Positions 17,837 to 26,551 of a stretch of 26,551 nucleotides of DNA are shown here, in pieces; within the stretch, counting starts at the first letter, position 1, and each line of letters starts with the position of its first letter. This stretch comes from Bacteroidetes bacterium GWF2_29_10 (GTDB taxonomy: Bacteria; Bacteroidota; Bacteroidia; Bacteroidales; GWE2-29-8). The translations under genes were made by a program, and so were the position numbers. The notes below the pieces were generated by a model, which was given only the letters and a program-made list of their open reading frames with translations, ran no database searches and was not told the origin of the DNA. The stretch covers positions 1 to 26,551 of the forward strand of contig MEOD01000027.1 of assembly GCA_001768555.1 (NCBI GenBank), written 5' to 3'.

Positions 17837-19345
17837 TTATTTTATTTCTCTAATATCTTTAATCAGCTTATTAATATCAATGAATGCAGAGCATGATATT
17901 ATAGCACTTATTGTTACGCCTAATATCCCGTGTAAGCCAACATTCTGTCCTGTAAGATATAAATTTGGAATTTTTGTATATGTTGAAATAAAAGTACTAA
18001 TAGGATCATTGCAATCTTTTATTATTCCATACATAGAGCCTTCAGGTACTCCAGTGTAATCTCTATATGTTAATGGTGTTGAGCTATAAAATGTTTCAAT
18101 AGAATCTTCAATGTTGTTAAATTTTTTGCTAACTAGCTTAATTAATTTATTGCTTCGATCTTTTTTAAATACATTGTAATCCTCATCTCTTTTACCTGTT
18201 ATAGAATCTTTCCATTTTTTAACATCTTCAAATTTCATAGAAGAAATAACAGTAATGCTTTTTGCAAACTCTAAATTGTTCTCATCAGGACAAGTGTATA
18301 GCATATATCCCGTAGGCCAATCTGATTGTTTATAATTATTTGCGGTCCATACATCTTTAGATTTTGAATAATAAATATTTGAGTTTATATGTTTAATTTT
18401 TTTCTTTTTTAAAATAATATATAAAACAAAAGACCCTATTGAGTTTTCTAAATTACTAATTCTTTGTATATAAACTTTCCTTAATTTACCTTCATCCTTT
18501 ATAAGCTGATTTGTTTGTGCAGGATGAATGTTTGAAATAAATGAATTACCAAATACTATTGACTTATCTTTAGTTTCTAGAGATAAAACTCTATTATTAT
18601 TAAAATTTATTTGCAAAACTTCCTTATTTGTGAAAATAACTCCATTGTTTTCCTCAATTACAGATTTAAGAGCATATACTAAATTATCACTGCCATTTTT
18701 AAATTTAAAAGCACTTTGAATAAAAAAAAGATTAATTAAAGCATGAATATGAAAAGGCGTTTTATCAGGAATGCCAGCATATAAACCATTTGTTGCAACA
18801 AGCAATGTTCTTAATTCTGTATTTTCTGTTATACTGTTTATTACTTTACTAACACTTTCTGTCAACATGTCTATTTTCATAATATGTTCATGTTGATTGG
18901 GTAGATTTTTTAAAGCTAAAATGTTTGTGGCATCCCATGCTTGCTGGAGTTTATTGATGTAATTTAATATATTATCTTTTTCTTCAGGAAAGTAAGCAAA
19001 CAATTTCTCTCTGAAATTATTTATTCCCATAGAATAACAATACTCTTTTTCTTCAATAAATATTTTTTCGAAACAATCTTCATCCAACCTAACTAGTTCT
19101 AATCTATCAAGTATTCCAATATATTTGAATATTTTATTTAGTATTTGCCCATTGTCCAAACTCCCTACATAATGCATACCAGTGTTAAACTTACAACCCT
19201 TTCTTTTAAATGTCTGCAAATTGCCCCCTAATTGAGAATGTTTTTCTAAAATGCATACAGAATAACCATTTTTGCTAAGAATAGCACCACATAATAAACC
19301 TCCTAAACCACTACCAATTATCACTACATCATATTTTTCAGACAT
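17837..19345 (-). CDS. FAD-dependent oxidoreductase, phytoene-desaturase (CrtI)-like family, copy B
   Basis: 502 aa. N-terminal dinucleotide-binding motif VVIIGSGLGGLLCGAIL...LEK...GG. Conserved C-terminal block LYLTGQNVGLHGILG. Paralogous (~45-50% identity by eye) to the adjacent upstream gene. Confidence 0.75.
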   Translation of the reverse strand: MSEKYDVVIIGSGLGGLLCGAILSKNGYSVCILEKHSQLGGNLQTFKRKGCKFNTGMHYVGSLDNGQILNKIFKYIGILDRLELVRLDEDCFEKIFIEEKEYCYSMGINNFREKLFAYFPEEKDNILNYINKLQQAWDATNILALKNLPNQHEHIMKIDMLTESVSKVINSITENTELRTLLVATNGLYAGIPDKTPFHIHALINLFFIQSAFKFKNGSDNLVYALKSVIEENNGVIFTNKEVLQINFNNNRVLSLETKDKSIVFGNSFISNIHPAQTNQLIKDEGKLRKVYIQRISNLENSIGSFVLYIILKKKKIKHINSNIYYSKSKDVWTANNYKQSDWPTGYMLYTCPDENNLEFAKSITVISSMKFEDVKKWKDSITGKRDEDYNVFKKDRSNKLIKLVSKKFNNIEDSIETFYSSTPLTYRDYTGVPEGSMYGIIKDCNDPISTFISTYTKIPNLYLTGQNVGLHGILGVTISAIISCSAFIDINKLIKDIREIK

Positions 19346-19346
19346 A

Positions 19347-20840
19347 TTAAGCTTTTTTTATTTTGTTAAACAAATAATCCCTACCTATTATTTCAGAACA
19401 AGTAAGAGCAGCTCCTATTGATACGCCCAATATACCATGCATATTCAAATTTTGGCCAGTAAAATATAAATTTTCAATGCGTGATCGAGGTGTAATTATA
19501 GTTGATAGCAAATTATCTTGTTTTTTTAATATTCCATAAGCAGAACCATTTGGAGTCGCTGTATAATCTCTATAAGTAAGAGGTGTTGATGTGTAATAGC
19601 ATTCTATTTTTTCTCTTAATCTTGGAAATTTCACTTCTATAAAATCTATAAGTTTTTCAGCTTTCCTTTGCTTAAACTCTAAATATTCATCACTTCTATT
19701 TTCGGTATAAGTGTCTTCCCATTTTTTCACCTCATTATATTTCATATACGTTATAGCAATAATTCCATTTGCCCATATATCTGAATTTGAATTAGACGGG
19801 GTGTATAACATGTAGTGTTCCGGCCAATATGCTTCATTATAGTTTGTAGTCCATGTATTTACTTTTGAAAAATGGTGGTGATTATAATTAAGATAAGGAA
19901 ATTGTTTTTTTTTCAAAACTATGTATAAAGAAAACATTCCTATAGTATTTTCAAGAGAACTTATTCTTGACTTAAATGCCATTTTGTTTATATTTCTATC
20001 AACTATATCTAGTGTTACTTTAGGATGTATATTTGAAATTATTTTTTTTGCATAAATTCTCTCCCCGTCTTCAGTATCAACATAATCAACTTTTTTATCA
20101 CCACCAAAAGACACGACCTTTTTAGAAAGTCTAATAATCCCTCCATTTTTATATATTTCATCTGCAATTCTTGCTGCTAATTGAGATCCTCCATCAATAA
20201 TGCGCCATGCGCTTTTTATAAATGTATAATTTATTAAAGAATGAATATACAATGGAGTTTCAGCTTGAACTCCAGCATAAAGCGAATTCATACCTCCAAG
20301 TATATTATTAAGTTTATTATTTGAAGTTATTGAAGATAAGTAATTATATGCATTAGTTTGTAACTTATTTAAACCAATTGCGGATAAATCCATAGAATCA
20401 TTTAATGTATAAAAAGGAAACGAATTACATACATGTTTCATATCCTTTATATATATTTTAAGATTTTCTTTTTCTTTAGGAAAATATTCTGCTAACGATT
20501 CTATAAAATTATTATAACCTTGAGCAAATGGGTATTCATTGTTATCTTCCGAAAAACTAATACGTTCAAAACCTTCTATATCCAAGCGCTTCAACTTAAG
20601 CTTATCTATTATGTTAAAATACTTAAAATATCTATTTAAAACCTCCCCTTCCCCTAAACCTTCTGTATAATTTAACCCAGTATTAAATATTGTTTTATTT
20701 TTTGCAAAAGACTGAATACACCCTCCAATCATTTTATTTTTTTCTAACAAGCAAACTTTCAACCCCTCCCTACTCAATATATTTCCACACAATAGTCCAC
20801 CAAGACCTGCACCAACTATAACAATGTCATATTTTTCCAT
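19347..20840 (-). CDS. FAD-dependent oxidoreductase, phytoene-desaturase (CrtI)-like family, copy A
   Basis: Start chosen at M22 (MEKYDIVIVGAGLGG; 20840). The ORF is open to 20903 but that would overlap the upstream gene by 77 nt. GxGxxG motif. C-terminal LYFTGQNLNMHGILG block. Tandem paralogue of 17837-19345. Confidence 0.75.
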   Translation of the reverse strand: MEKYDIVIVGAGLGGLLCGNILSREGLKVCLLEKNKMIGGCIQSFAKNKTIFNTGLNYTEGLGEGEVLNRYFKYFNIIDKLKLKRLDIEGFERISFSEDNNEYPFAQGYNNFIESLAEYFPKEKENLKIYIKDMKHVCNSFPFYTLNDSMDLSAIGLNKLQTNAYNYLSSITSNNKLNNILGGMNSLYAGVQAETPLYIHSLINYTFIKSAWRIIDGGSQLAARIADEIYKNGGIIRLSKKVVSFGGDKKVDYVDTEDGERIYAKKIISNIHPKVTLDIVDRNINKMAFKSRISSLENTIGMFSLYIVLKKKQFPYLNYNHHHFSKVNTWTTNYNEAYWPEHYMLYTPSNSNSDIWANGIIAITYMKYNEVKKWEDTYTENRSDEYLEFKQRKAEKLIDFIEVKFPRLREKIECYYTSTPLTYRDYTATPNGSAYGILKKQDNLLSTIITPRSRIENLYFTGQNLNMHGILGVSIGAALTCSEIIGRDYLFNKIKKA

Positions 20841-23800
20841 AATTTTTCTTTCTAAGTACATATGTAATATTCGACGTGTAATACGAATTGTCAAAAATTT
20901 CACAAATTAATTCATTTGCTTTTGCAAAATCTTGTATCTTTTTACCAGAAATAAACGTCAGTTTACATTTAGTTTTATTAAATTTAAATATTTTTGTTGA
21001 TTGTATTTCTGTTAATTTTGTTCTTTTTGTTCTTTTTTTCAAATCTGCATCAGCATCTCTAATAATAATCATTCCATCGGAAGAAACATTTCTAACACAT
21101 TCAGACAAAACATTTATTTGTACATTTTCTGGCATATAATGCAATACATCATTTAAAATAAACACATCTGCATTAGGTAGCTTACTTTCACTTATATCTA
21201 GGACTTTAAAATTAAGGCAATCGTCTTTAATCGGAATATTGTTTGCAATACTAATTTTCTCTTCATCATAGTCTATACCTGTTACTATTCTGTTTTTAGA
21301 AACCATTCTAAGCATACAAGAAAGAAATCCATAACCACAACCAATATCCACAATATTAGAATTCATAGGGATTATATTATTATAAAATTTATATTGTTTT
21401 TCCATTCTTATTTTCACTCTGAGATACCATTCTAAAACAGGACCTTTATAAATATATTGATGAATCAACTGATGATAATAGAAATCTGGGGTTTCTTTTT
21501 CTAATCGTAGTTTTGCATATTCGCTTCTATAAAATTTCAACACTTTTTTTGTTTGTTCTCGATAAGTAACACCGCATGATGTTTGCATTGGAGTTTCAAC
21601 CTCAAATTTATCAAACACTTTGATAGTTATATGTCCTGATTTTAGAAAAAAATCGGTTTTAGACAAACAGTTATAAGCTCCATGTATCATTATAGGCTGG
21701 ATAGCTATACCTAATTCATGTGCGATATTAAATGCTCCTTGTTGAAATCTGTTAATTTCGCCATCAAAAGTTCTTTTTCCTTCTGGGAAAATTAATATAG
21801 AATATCCATCATTAACTTTTCTTTTTATTTTTTCAATGTCATTATTTAAACCTTTGTATGCTGGATAAAATTCGGCATATCTTATTATAAAGCCATAAAA
21901 AGGATTATTCCAAACCCATTGATTTGTAAATACTATAATTTTAGGATTTAACATTAATAGTAAAACAAGGTCTAAATGAGATTGATGATTAGAAATAATT
22001 ATAGAAGGTTTTGAAAAATCTAATTTTTGCATATCTATATAATCTCGTTTAATTGTAATATTAACATAAACAATAAATTTAGAGAATATATAGATAATAT
22101 AGCTCATAAAATATTTTTTTGACTTTTTTCTTATTGGTGTACAGAAAAGTATAGGCAATAAAGTTGTCATCGTTATAGAACCTAATAAAAATATAAAAAA
22201 TGAACCTATAGATATTATAGAATTAACTAAATTGATAGGTTGAATTCTTTTGTTTTTTCCATTATTTATGATAAAATTAAAAAATAAAGGCAATATCGTA
22301 TATGAAAAAACTAAAGCAGAACTAATACCAATAATTGAGACTATTGCAATTGATTTAAGTGCAGGATGTTCAGCTAATATCAAAACTCCAAATGCTCCTA
22401 TAGTAGTTATAGCAGAAAGAAAGACTGATAATTTATATGAAACAAGGCTAACATTTCCGTATTTATAATTATCTATCAAACCACTCATTATAAATATACT
22501 ATAATCAAGACCTAGTCCAAATATAAAACTTAAAACAATTACATTAAATATATTAAATTCAATATTAAAAAAGCCCATTAATCCCAAAGTCCACAACCAA
22601 CATAATGCTACGGGTATAAAAGTTATTATTGCTATTTCAATTCTTCCAAAAAAGATTAACAATAAACAAAAAACGACTAACATTGATAATAATGATAATT
22701 TATTGAAATTTTCTTTTAGTATATCAAATAATTTATTTACAAAAATTTGTTTATCAAAAACAATAATACCCTCTATATTATTTAGTTTTTTTAGCAATTC
22801 GTTTTTATGCTTTAAATCAACCTTTAGTATAGATGCAACATAGTAAGTATTATTTGTAGAATTAATATAATTACTAAGAAAATTATTTTTAATTAATTCA
22901 AATTCATCAATTGAAACAGTTGAAAAATTTTTATCAAGCAATTTATAAAAATCATTAAAAGCTGATTCCTTAAAATGAAAAAGTTTTCCCTTTTCTGATA
23001 TAGTTTTTTTTAATGTTTTTTTGTTATTTTTATCCCAAAACTTATTCCATTTATCAATCTTCTGTTGCTGCATATAAGCACTCATTATTAAATCTGATGC
23101 AGAAGATACAGCTGTTATTGTCGCATCTGAAATGAGCTTTTGAAATAAAGTCTTTTGTTGTTCACTTTTTCTTATTGCAGAATCGAGTATTGTATCCTGA
23201 GCTATTACATATACAGCGCTATTAGCTACGGAACTTATGCTTTTTAAATTATTTTCTGCTGTAGAAAGTTTTTTTGTAATGTAATTAAGAGTTCCAATAT
23301 CACTATTAAATTTCAAATTTTGTGAACTAAAAATAAAAAAAACAGATAAAATCATTATTGATATTATTAAAATTTTATTTTTATCATAATTTAATCCTAT
23401 AATTTTTTCCAAATATTTTGTTTTAAAATTAGGAGACTTTATATTAGCAACTTCTTTTAGAAAAAAAGGCATTATTACTAAAACAGATAATGAAGTAAAT
23501 GTAATTGCAAAAGCAGCAAACATACTTAACTGTTTAATAGCTTCTGAATGTATAACAAATAAGCACATGAAAGTAGCAGATGTAGTCATACTACTAAGAA
23601 GAACTGGAAGAGCGATCTTCTTTATTGTATTTTTTACCGAGTTACTTTCTCTATAATGAGTAAAAGCATGTAATGGGTAATCAACAGAGATACCTATTAG
23701 TATAGCTCCTATTCCTAAAGATATTATAGAAATAGCACCATTAACAATAGACAACATTGCTAATGATAAAAGAGCTCCTATAGCAACTGGTAAAAATAAT

Positions 23801-24687
23801 AATAAAATTACCTTAAAACGTCTAAAAAACAACCAAAATATTATAGACAAAAATATTATGGATATTGAAACTGTAATTATTATATCCTGCTTTATCTGGG
23901 TTGAGTTTGCTACAGCAACTGCAGTCCCCCCATAATATTCAACATTAATATTAGAAGATGTTTTTATAACATTAATCAGTGCATTATCTAATAATGTAAT
24001 TAACTTACTATTCATCTTTGTATTATTTGATGGATAATATGGTTCGATAAATATTAGCAGATGCTTTTGGTCGTTAGTAAATATACACGAATTGTAAATA
24101 GTAAAGTTTTTGTCAATCTGAAAACTTTGAAGTTTTTTTAGAGCTAAAGGAGTTATACTTAAAGGATCATTGAATATATATTTTTTTGTTGCAATTCCAG
24201 TTGGAGAAATTAATACTTTTAAATTGTTTTCAAGTTTATGTTCTATATATTTATCATTAAGAAGAGATTGAATATGCTCATAATCTTTATCATCTAAATA
24301 TAAAGGTAAATTATTGTATATAAAATCATAAACATCAAGAAATGTCTTTTCATTTATCTTAAACTTAATTTCTTTTATGTATGTAGAATCTTTTGATAAT
24401 TGAGCGACTAAATTATCTGCTACCTCTATTAATTTATCTGGATTATTAGAAATACTATATTTAAATGATATGTTAAATATTATCTGACTGGCAAGTTTTG
24501 AATTGTTAAATGCTAAATTTAATTCATCTATTCTACTATCTTGAGGAACTATTGAGTTAATATTTTCTTCAAAATCTAATCTAAATAGGAAATACACCGA
24601 AACTATTAACAAACATGCAAGCATAATTAAAGAAGCAAGTTTGTGTTTATATAGAAAATTGTTTATACTTATAAAAAAGTTACCCAT
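20827..24687 (-). CDS. Tri-domain fusion protein: MMPL/RND-like exporter + PlsC-type lysophospholipid acyltransferase + class I SAM-dependent methyltransferase
   Basis: 1286 aa. Residues 1-~830 form two periplasmic domains, each followed by a TM bundle (GISVDYPLHAF and GLGLDYSIFI GxxxD-type motifs of MMPL/RND exporters). Residues ~870-1060 are an acyltransferase with the HX4D motif ISNHQSHLD (nt 21969-21995) and FPEGKR block. Residues ~1090-1286 are a methyltransferase with VDIGCGYGFLS (nt ~21320-21350) and an acidic motif II. Confidence 0.7.
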   Translation of the reverse strand: MGNFFISINNFLYKHKLASLIMLACLLIVSVYFLFRLDFEENINSIVPQDSRIDELNLAFNNSKLASQIIFNISFKYSISNNPDKLIEVADNLVAQLSKDSTYIKEIKFKINEKTFLDVYDFIYNNLPLYLDDKDYEHIQSLLNDKYIEHKLENNLKVLISPTGIATKKYIFNDPLSITPLALKKLQSFQIDKNFTIYNSCIFTNDQKHLLIFIEPYYPSNNTKMNSKLITLLDNALINVIKTSSNINVEYYGGTAVAVANSTQIKQDIIITVSISIIFLSIIFWLFFRRFKVILLLFLPVAIGALLSLAMLSIVNGAISIISLGIGAILIGISVDYPLHAFTHYRESNSVKNTIKKIALPVLLSSMTTSATFMCLFVIHSEAIKQLSMFAAFAITFTSLSVLVIMPFFLKEVANIKSPNFKTKYLEKIIGLNYDKNKILIISIMILSVFFIFSSQNLKFNSDIGTLNYITKKLSTAENNLKSISSVANSAVYVIAQDTILDSAIRKSEQQKTLFQKLISDATITAVSSASDLIMSAYMQQQKIDKWNKFWDKNNKKTLKKTISEKGKLFHFKESAFNDFYKLLDKNFSTVSIDEFELIKNNFLSNYINSTNNTYYVASILKVDLKHKNELLKKLNNIEGIIVFDKQIFVNKLFDILKENFNKLSLLSMLVVFCLLLIFFGRIEIAIITFIPVALCWLWTLGLMGFFNIEFNIFNVIVLSFIFGLGLDYSIFIMSGLIDNYKYGNVSLVSYKLSVFLSAITTIGAFGVLILAEHPALKSIAIVSIIGISSALVFSYTILPLFFNFIINNGKNKRIQPINLVNSIISIGSFFIFLLGSITMTTLLPILFCTPIRKKSKKYFMSYIIYIFSKFIVYVNITIKRDYIDMQKLDFSKPSIIISNHQSHLDLVLLLMLNPKIIVFTNQWVWNNPFYGFIIRYAEFYPAYKGLNNDIEKIKRKVNDGYSILIFPEGKRTFDGEINRFQQGAFNIAHELGIAIQPIMIHGAYNCLSKTDFFLKSGHITIKVFDKFEVETPMQTSCGVTYREQTKKVLKFYRSEYAKLRLEKETPDFYYHQLIHQYIYKGPVLEWYLRVKIRMEKQYKFYNNIIPMNSNIVDIGCGYGFLSCMLRMVSKNRIVTGIDYDEEKISIANNIPIKDDCLNFKVLDISESKLPNADVFILNDVLHYMPENVQINVLSECVRNVSSDGMIIIRDADADLKKRTKRTKLTEIQSTKIFKFNKTKCKLTFISGKKIQDFAKANELICEIFDNSYYTSNITYVLRKKNYGKI

Positions 24688-24688
24688 C

Positions 24689-25870
24689 TTATTTTTTTCT
24701 AAATAATTTTAATAATAAAAATGAAAATAAACCAAAAAAAACAGACAACATAAACGCAAAAACAATACTCCCTATAAGATATTGTTTTAAATTAGCCTTA
24801 ACTCCTTCAATGCTTAATTCTACATCTACATTCCAACTCCCATTTTCCAGCACATAACTTCCCGTAATATAACTTAAATAAAGAATAATAGGTAACAATG
24901 GAGGGAAACTAATATTTGCAGCAAGAAAGAAAATAGCCTTATTTAATTTGAAAAAATGTGCTATTATAAAACCAATTATAAGCTGAAATCCCCATATAGG
25001 AACAATACCCATAAATACACCAAATGCTATAGAGGAAGCGATTATATGATTTGAAGTATTAACATCTAATATATCTTCTTTAATTATTTGTTTGAAAGTT
25101 TTTTTTCTGTATACATTAAGTATTTTTTTTGGGCGGTAATAAATTAGAGCCATTGTTACCAAAACAATATTTAATAAGCTTATTCTTAAAAAATCTTTAA
25201 AAGGACGAAAATGTGATATTCTATTTTCTTTTTCAGGGTAATAAACGTCTATAGGTACGCACAAAACATCAATATTTGCCCAAGAAGCTCTAACAATTAT
25301 TTCTAACTCAAATTCATATTTGCCCGAAAAAAACTTTATTGATTTCATTTCTTTTAATGGATATAACCTATATCCTGATTGTGTATCGGGTAATTCAACA
25401 CCAGTTTCTATATTAAACCAAAAATTAGAAAACTTATTTGCAAAATTGCTTTTAGATGAAATATTAGAGTTTTTAAGCGAGCGGGAACCTATGATAATAG
25501 AATTAGAATTACGATCAAGGGCTTCCAAAAAAACGGGTAAATCTTTAGCAAAATGCTGTCCATCAGAATCAATTGTAATAGCATAATTAAAGCCTGCATC
25601 TAATACATTTTTAAAACATGTACGTAAAGCGTATCCTTTTCCTTTATTTATTGGATATGAAATAATATTAATTGTCGAAAACGGTTTAATTATATCTAAA
25701 GTATTATCAGTGCTTCCATCATTAATTATAAAGATATCATCACAATATGGGATTAAATCTTCAATAACTTTTTTTATAAATGTAGCATTATTGTATGTTG
25801 GCATTACAATGCAACACTTTTTTTGCCTAAATATATTTTTACATTGATTTGCGTTATTATTTGAATTCAC
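24689..25870 (-). CDS. GT2-family glycosyltransferase with a C-terminal polytopic membrane domain
   Basis: 393 aa. N-terminal GT-A motifs (CIVMPTYNN, INDGSTDNT, DSDGQH). The C-terminal ~150 aa contain four hydrophobic helices. Overlaps its neighbours by 1-14 nt (operon). Confidence 0.75.
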   Translation of the reverse strand: MNSNNNANQCKNIFRQKKCCIVMPTYNNATFIKKVIEDLIPYCDDIFIINDGSTDNTLDIIKPFSTINIISYPINKGKGYALRTCFKNVLDAGFNYAITIDSDGQHFAKDLPVFLEALDRNSNSIIIGSRSLKNSNISSKSNFANKFSNFWFNIETGVELPDTQSGYRLYPLKEMKSIKFFSGKYEFELEIIVRASWANIDVLCVPIDVYYPEKENRISHFRPFKDFLRISLLNIVLVTMALIYYRPKKILNVYRKKTFKQIIKEDILDVNTSNHIIASSIAFGVFMGIVPIWGFQLIIGFIIAHFFKLNKAIFFLAANISFPPLLPIILYLSYITGSYVLENGSWNVDVELSIEGVKANLKQYLIGSIVFAFMLSVFFGLFSFLLLKLFRKK

Positions 25871-26219
25871 CTTTAAACTTTAGATATTTTATTTCGTCTG
25901 AATATAATAAGCCTGTAACTGATATTCTCCCCGTATCTGTATATTTATAATTAATAATGCTTTCTATTTGAGCTTTTTCAAGCGGATTATGCATTGCTAA
26001 AAATTTAACTTCACTTAATAGCTCTATCATCAAATTTATTTTTAATTCTTTTTTTAATATTTCTTTTATAATTAATATTTGGCAAACACCTGGTGTAATT
26101 GGGATATTAGGAAAATGTCCTTTATATATTAAGTTGTCTTTATTTAGTATAATACTTGCACGTATTTCACTATCTGTTTTGCTTATGATATTATATTTGT
26201 AAAGATCATTAATTAGCAT
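25857..26219 (-). CDS. Hotdog-fold 3-hydroxyacyl-ACP dehydratase-like protein (FabZ/ApeI-ApeP-like)
   Basis: 120 aa. The block GHFPNIPITPGVCQILIIKE matches the FabZ/FabA active-site motif GHFPxxPxxPGV (His in the catalytic position). Small hotdog size. Confidence 0.65.
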   Translation of the reverse strand: MLINDLYKYNIISKTDSEIRASIILNKDNLIYKGHFPNIPITPGVCQILIIKEILKKELKINLMIELLSEVKFLAMHNPLEKAQIESIINYKYTDTGRISVTGLLYSDEIKYLKFKGEFK

Positions 26220-26514
26220 TGTTTTGAACTTTTATTAATTTTAAGTTTATACTTAATCTTATTCTGCTATGGCTTATGTTTATTGAATCCAATAAATCTT
26301 CAGAATTTTTTACAATAGATACATTTATTGTTTTAAAAAAACCAGCTTTCTTATATATTCTGAAAACATCAAAATTCGAACGGTAAAAATAAAAATATTT
26401 ATCCGAAAGATGTATGAATTTTAAAATTTTAAAATCATTTACCTCTTTTATTGAAATCTTATTTGTTTCTATTTTTGACAAATCTTGAACAATGCTTCTA
26501 AAGTCACTTTGCAA
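26209..26514 (-). CDS. Hypothetical protein, first visible gene of the leftward operon; may be N-terminally incomplete or extend upstream
   Basis: 101-aa ORF overlapping the dehydratase start by 11 nt. No family recognised. Only 37 nt remain to the window edge, so the true start is uncertain. Confidence 0.3.
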   Translation of the reverse strand: MQSDFRSIVQDLSKIETNKISIKEVNDFKILKFIHLSDKYFYFYRSNFDVFRIYKKAGFFKTINVSIVKNSEDLLDSINISHSRIRLSINLKLIKVQNNAN

Positions 26515-26551
26515 AATGTTTATTATCTGTTTTTTGTTAAAAAAGTCTTTA

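Noticed and set aside
20888-21139. 83-aa plus-strand ORF, together with ORFs at 22250-22468, 25320-25586, 16602-16805, 17468-17665, 18528-18719 and 15685-15897
   Set aside because: All lie antisense to long CDSs with clear domain signatures. They are short, lack homology and are typical AT-rich shadow ORFs.
1-26551. Search for CRISPR arrays, IS elements/transposases, integrases and rRNA/tRNA genes
   Set aside because: No direct-repeat/spacer periodicity, no DDE/tyrosine-recombinase-like translations, no terminal inverted repeats and no rRNA/tRNA-like conserved blocks were seen on either strand.

Overview
This is a very AT-rich chromosomal segment, most likely from a Bacteroidota genome. That assignment rests on the T9SS type-B C-terminal sorting domain, the choice-of-anchor/Calx-beta/PKD adhesin architecture, the largely Shine-Dalgarno-independent gene starts and a TAnnTTTG-like -7 promoter motif. 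The plus strand carries a complete high-affinity phosphate uptake operon (pstS-pstC-pstA-pstB-phoU, 585-5049) that ends in a textbook bidirectional terminator. A small Ala-rich lipoprotein follows, then a 740-bp gene-free region containing a G10 tract. Next come a 4-TM membrane protein with a GtrB/DPM1-like GT2, and a leftward nfeD-floT-mqnD-hldD operon (flotillin/NfeD pair, a futalosine-pathway-like MqnD and an ADP-heptose 6-epimerase). Divergent from that operon is an OMP-like gene, then a 945-aa T9SS-secreted multidomain adhesin (choice-of-anchor L, Calx-beta, 3 tandem Ig-like repeats, 2 PKD, T9SS CTD) and a small secreted Cys/His protein. The right 10.4 kb (16114 to the window edge) is one tightly packed leftward operon, ending at 16114. 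It encodes a partial ORF at the edge, a FabZ-like hotdog dehydratase and a GT2 with a membrane tail. It then encodes a 1286-aa tri-domain fusion (MMPL/RND-like exporter + PlsC-type HX4D acyltransferase + SAM methyltransferase), two tandem paralogous CrtI-like FAD oxidoreductases, and a membrane-anchored C45/Ntn-hydrolase-like acyltransferase with a TPR-like tail. The gene set resembles the tailoring, lipid-anchoring and export half of aryl-polyene/flexirubin-type clusters, but in an unusual fused architecture. It is the most interesting candidate system in the window. No tRNA, rRNA, CRISPR or mobile elements were detected.
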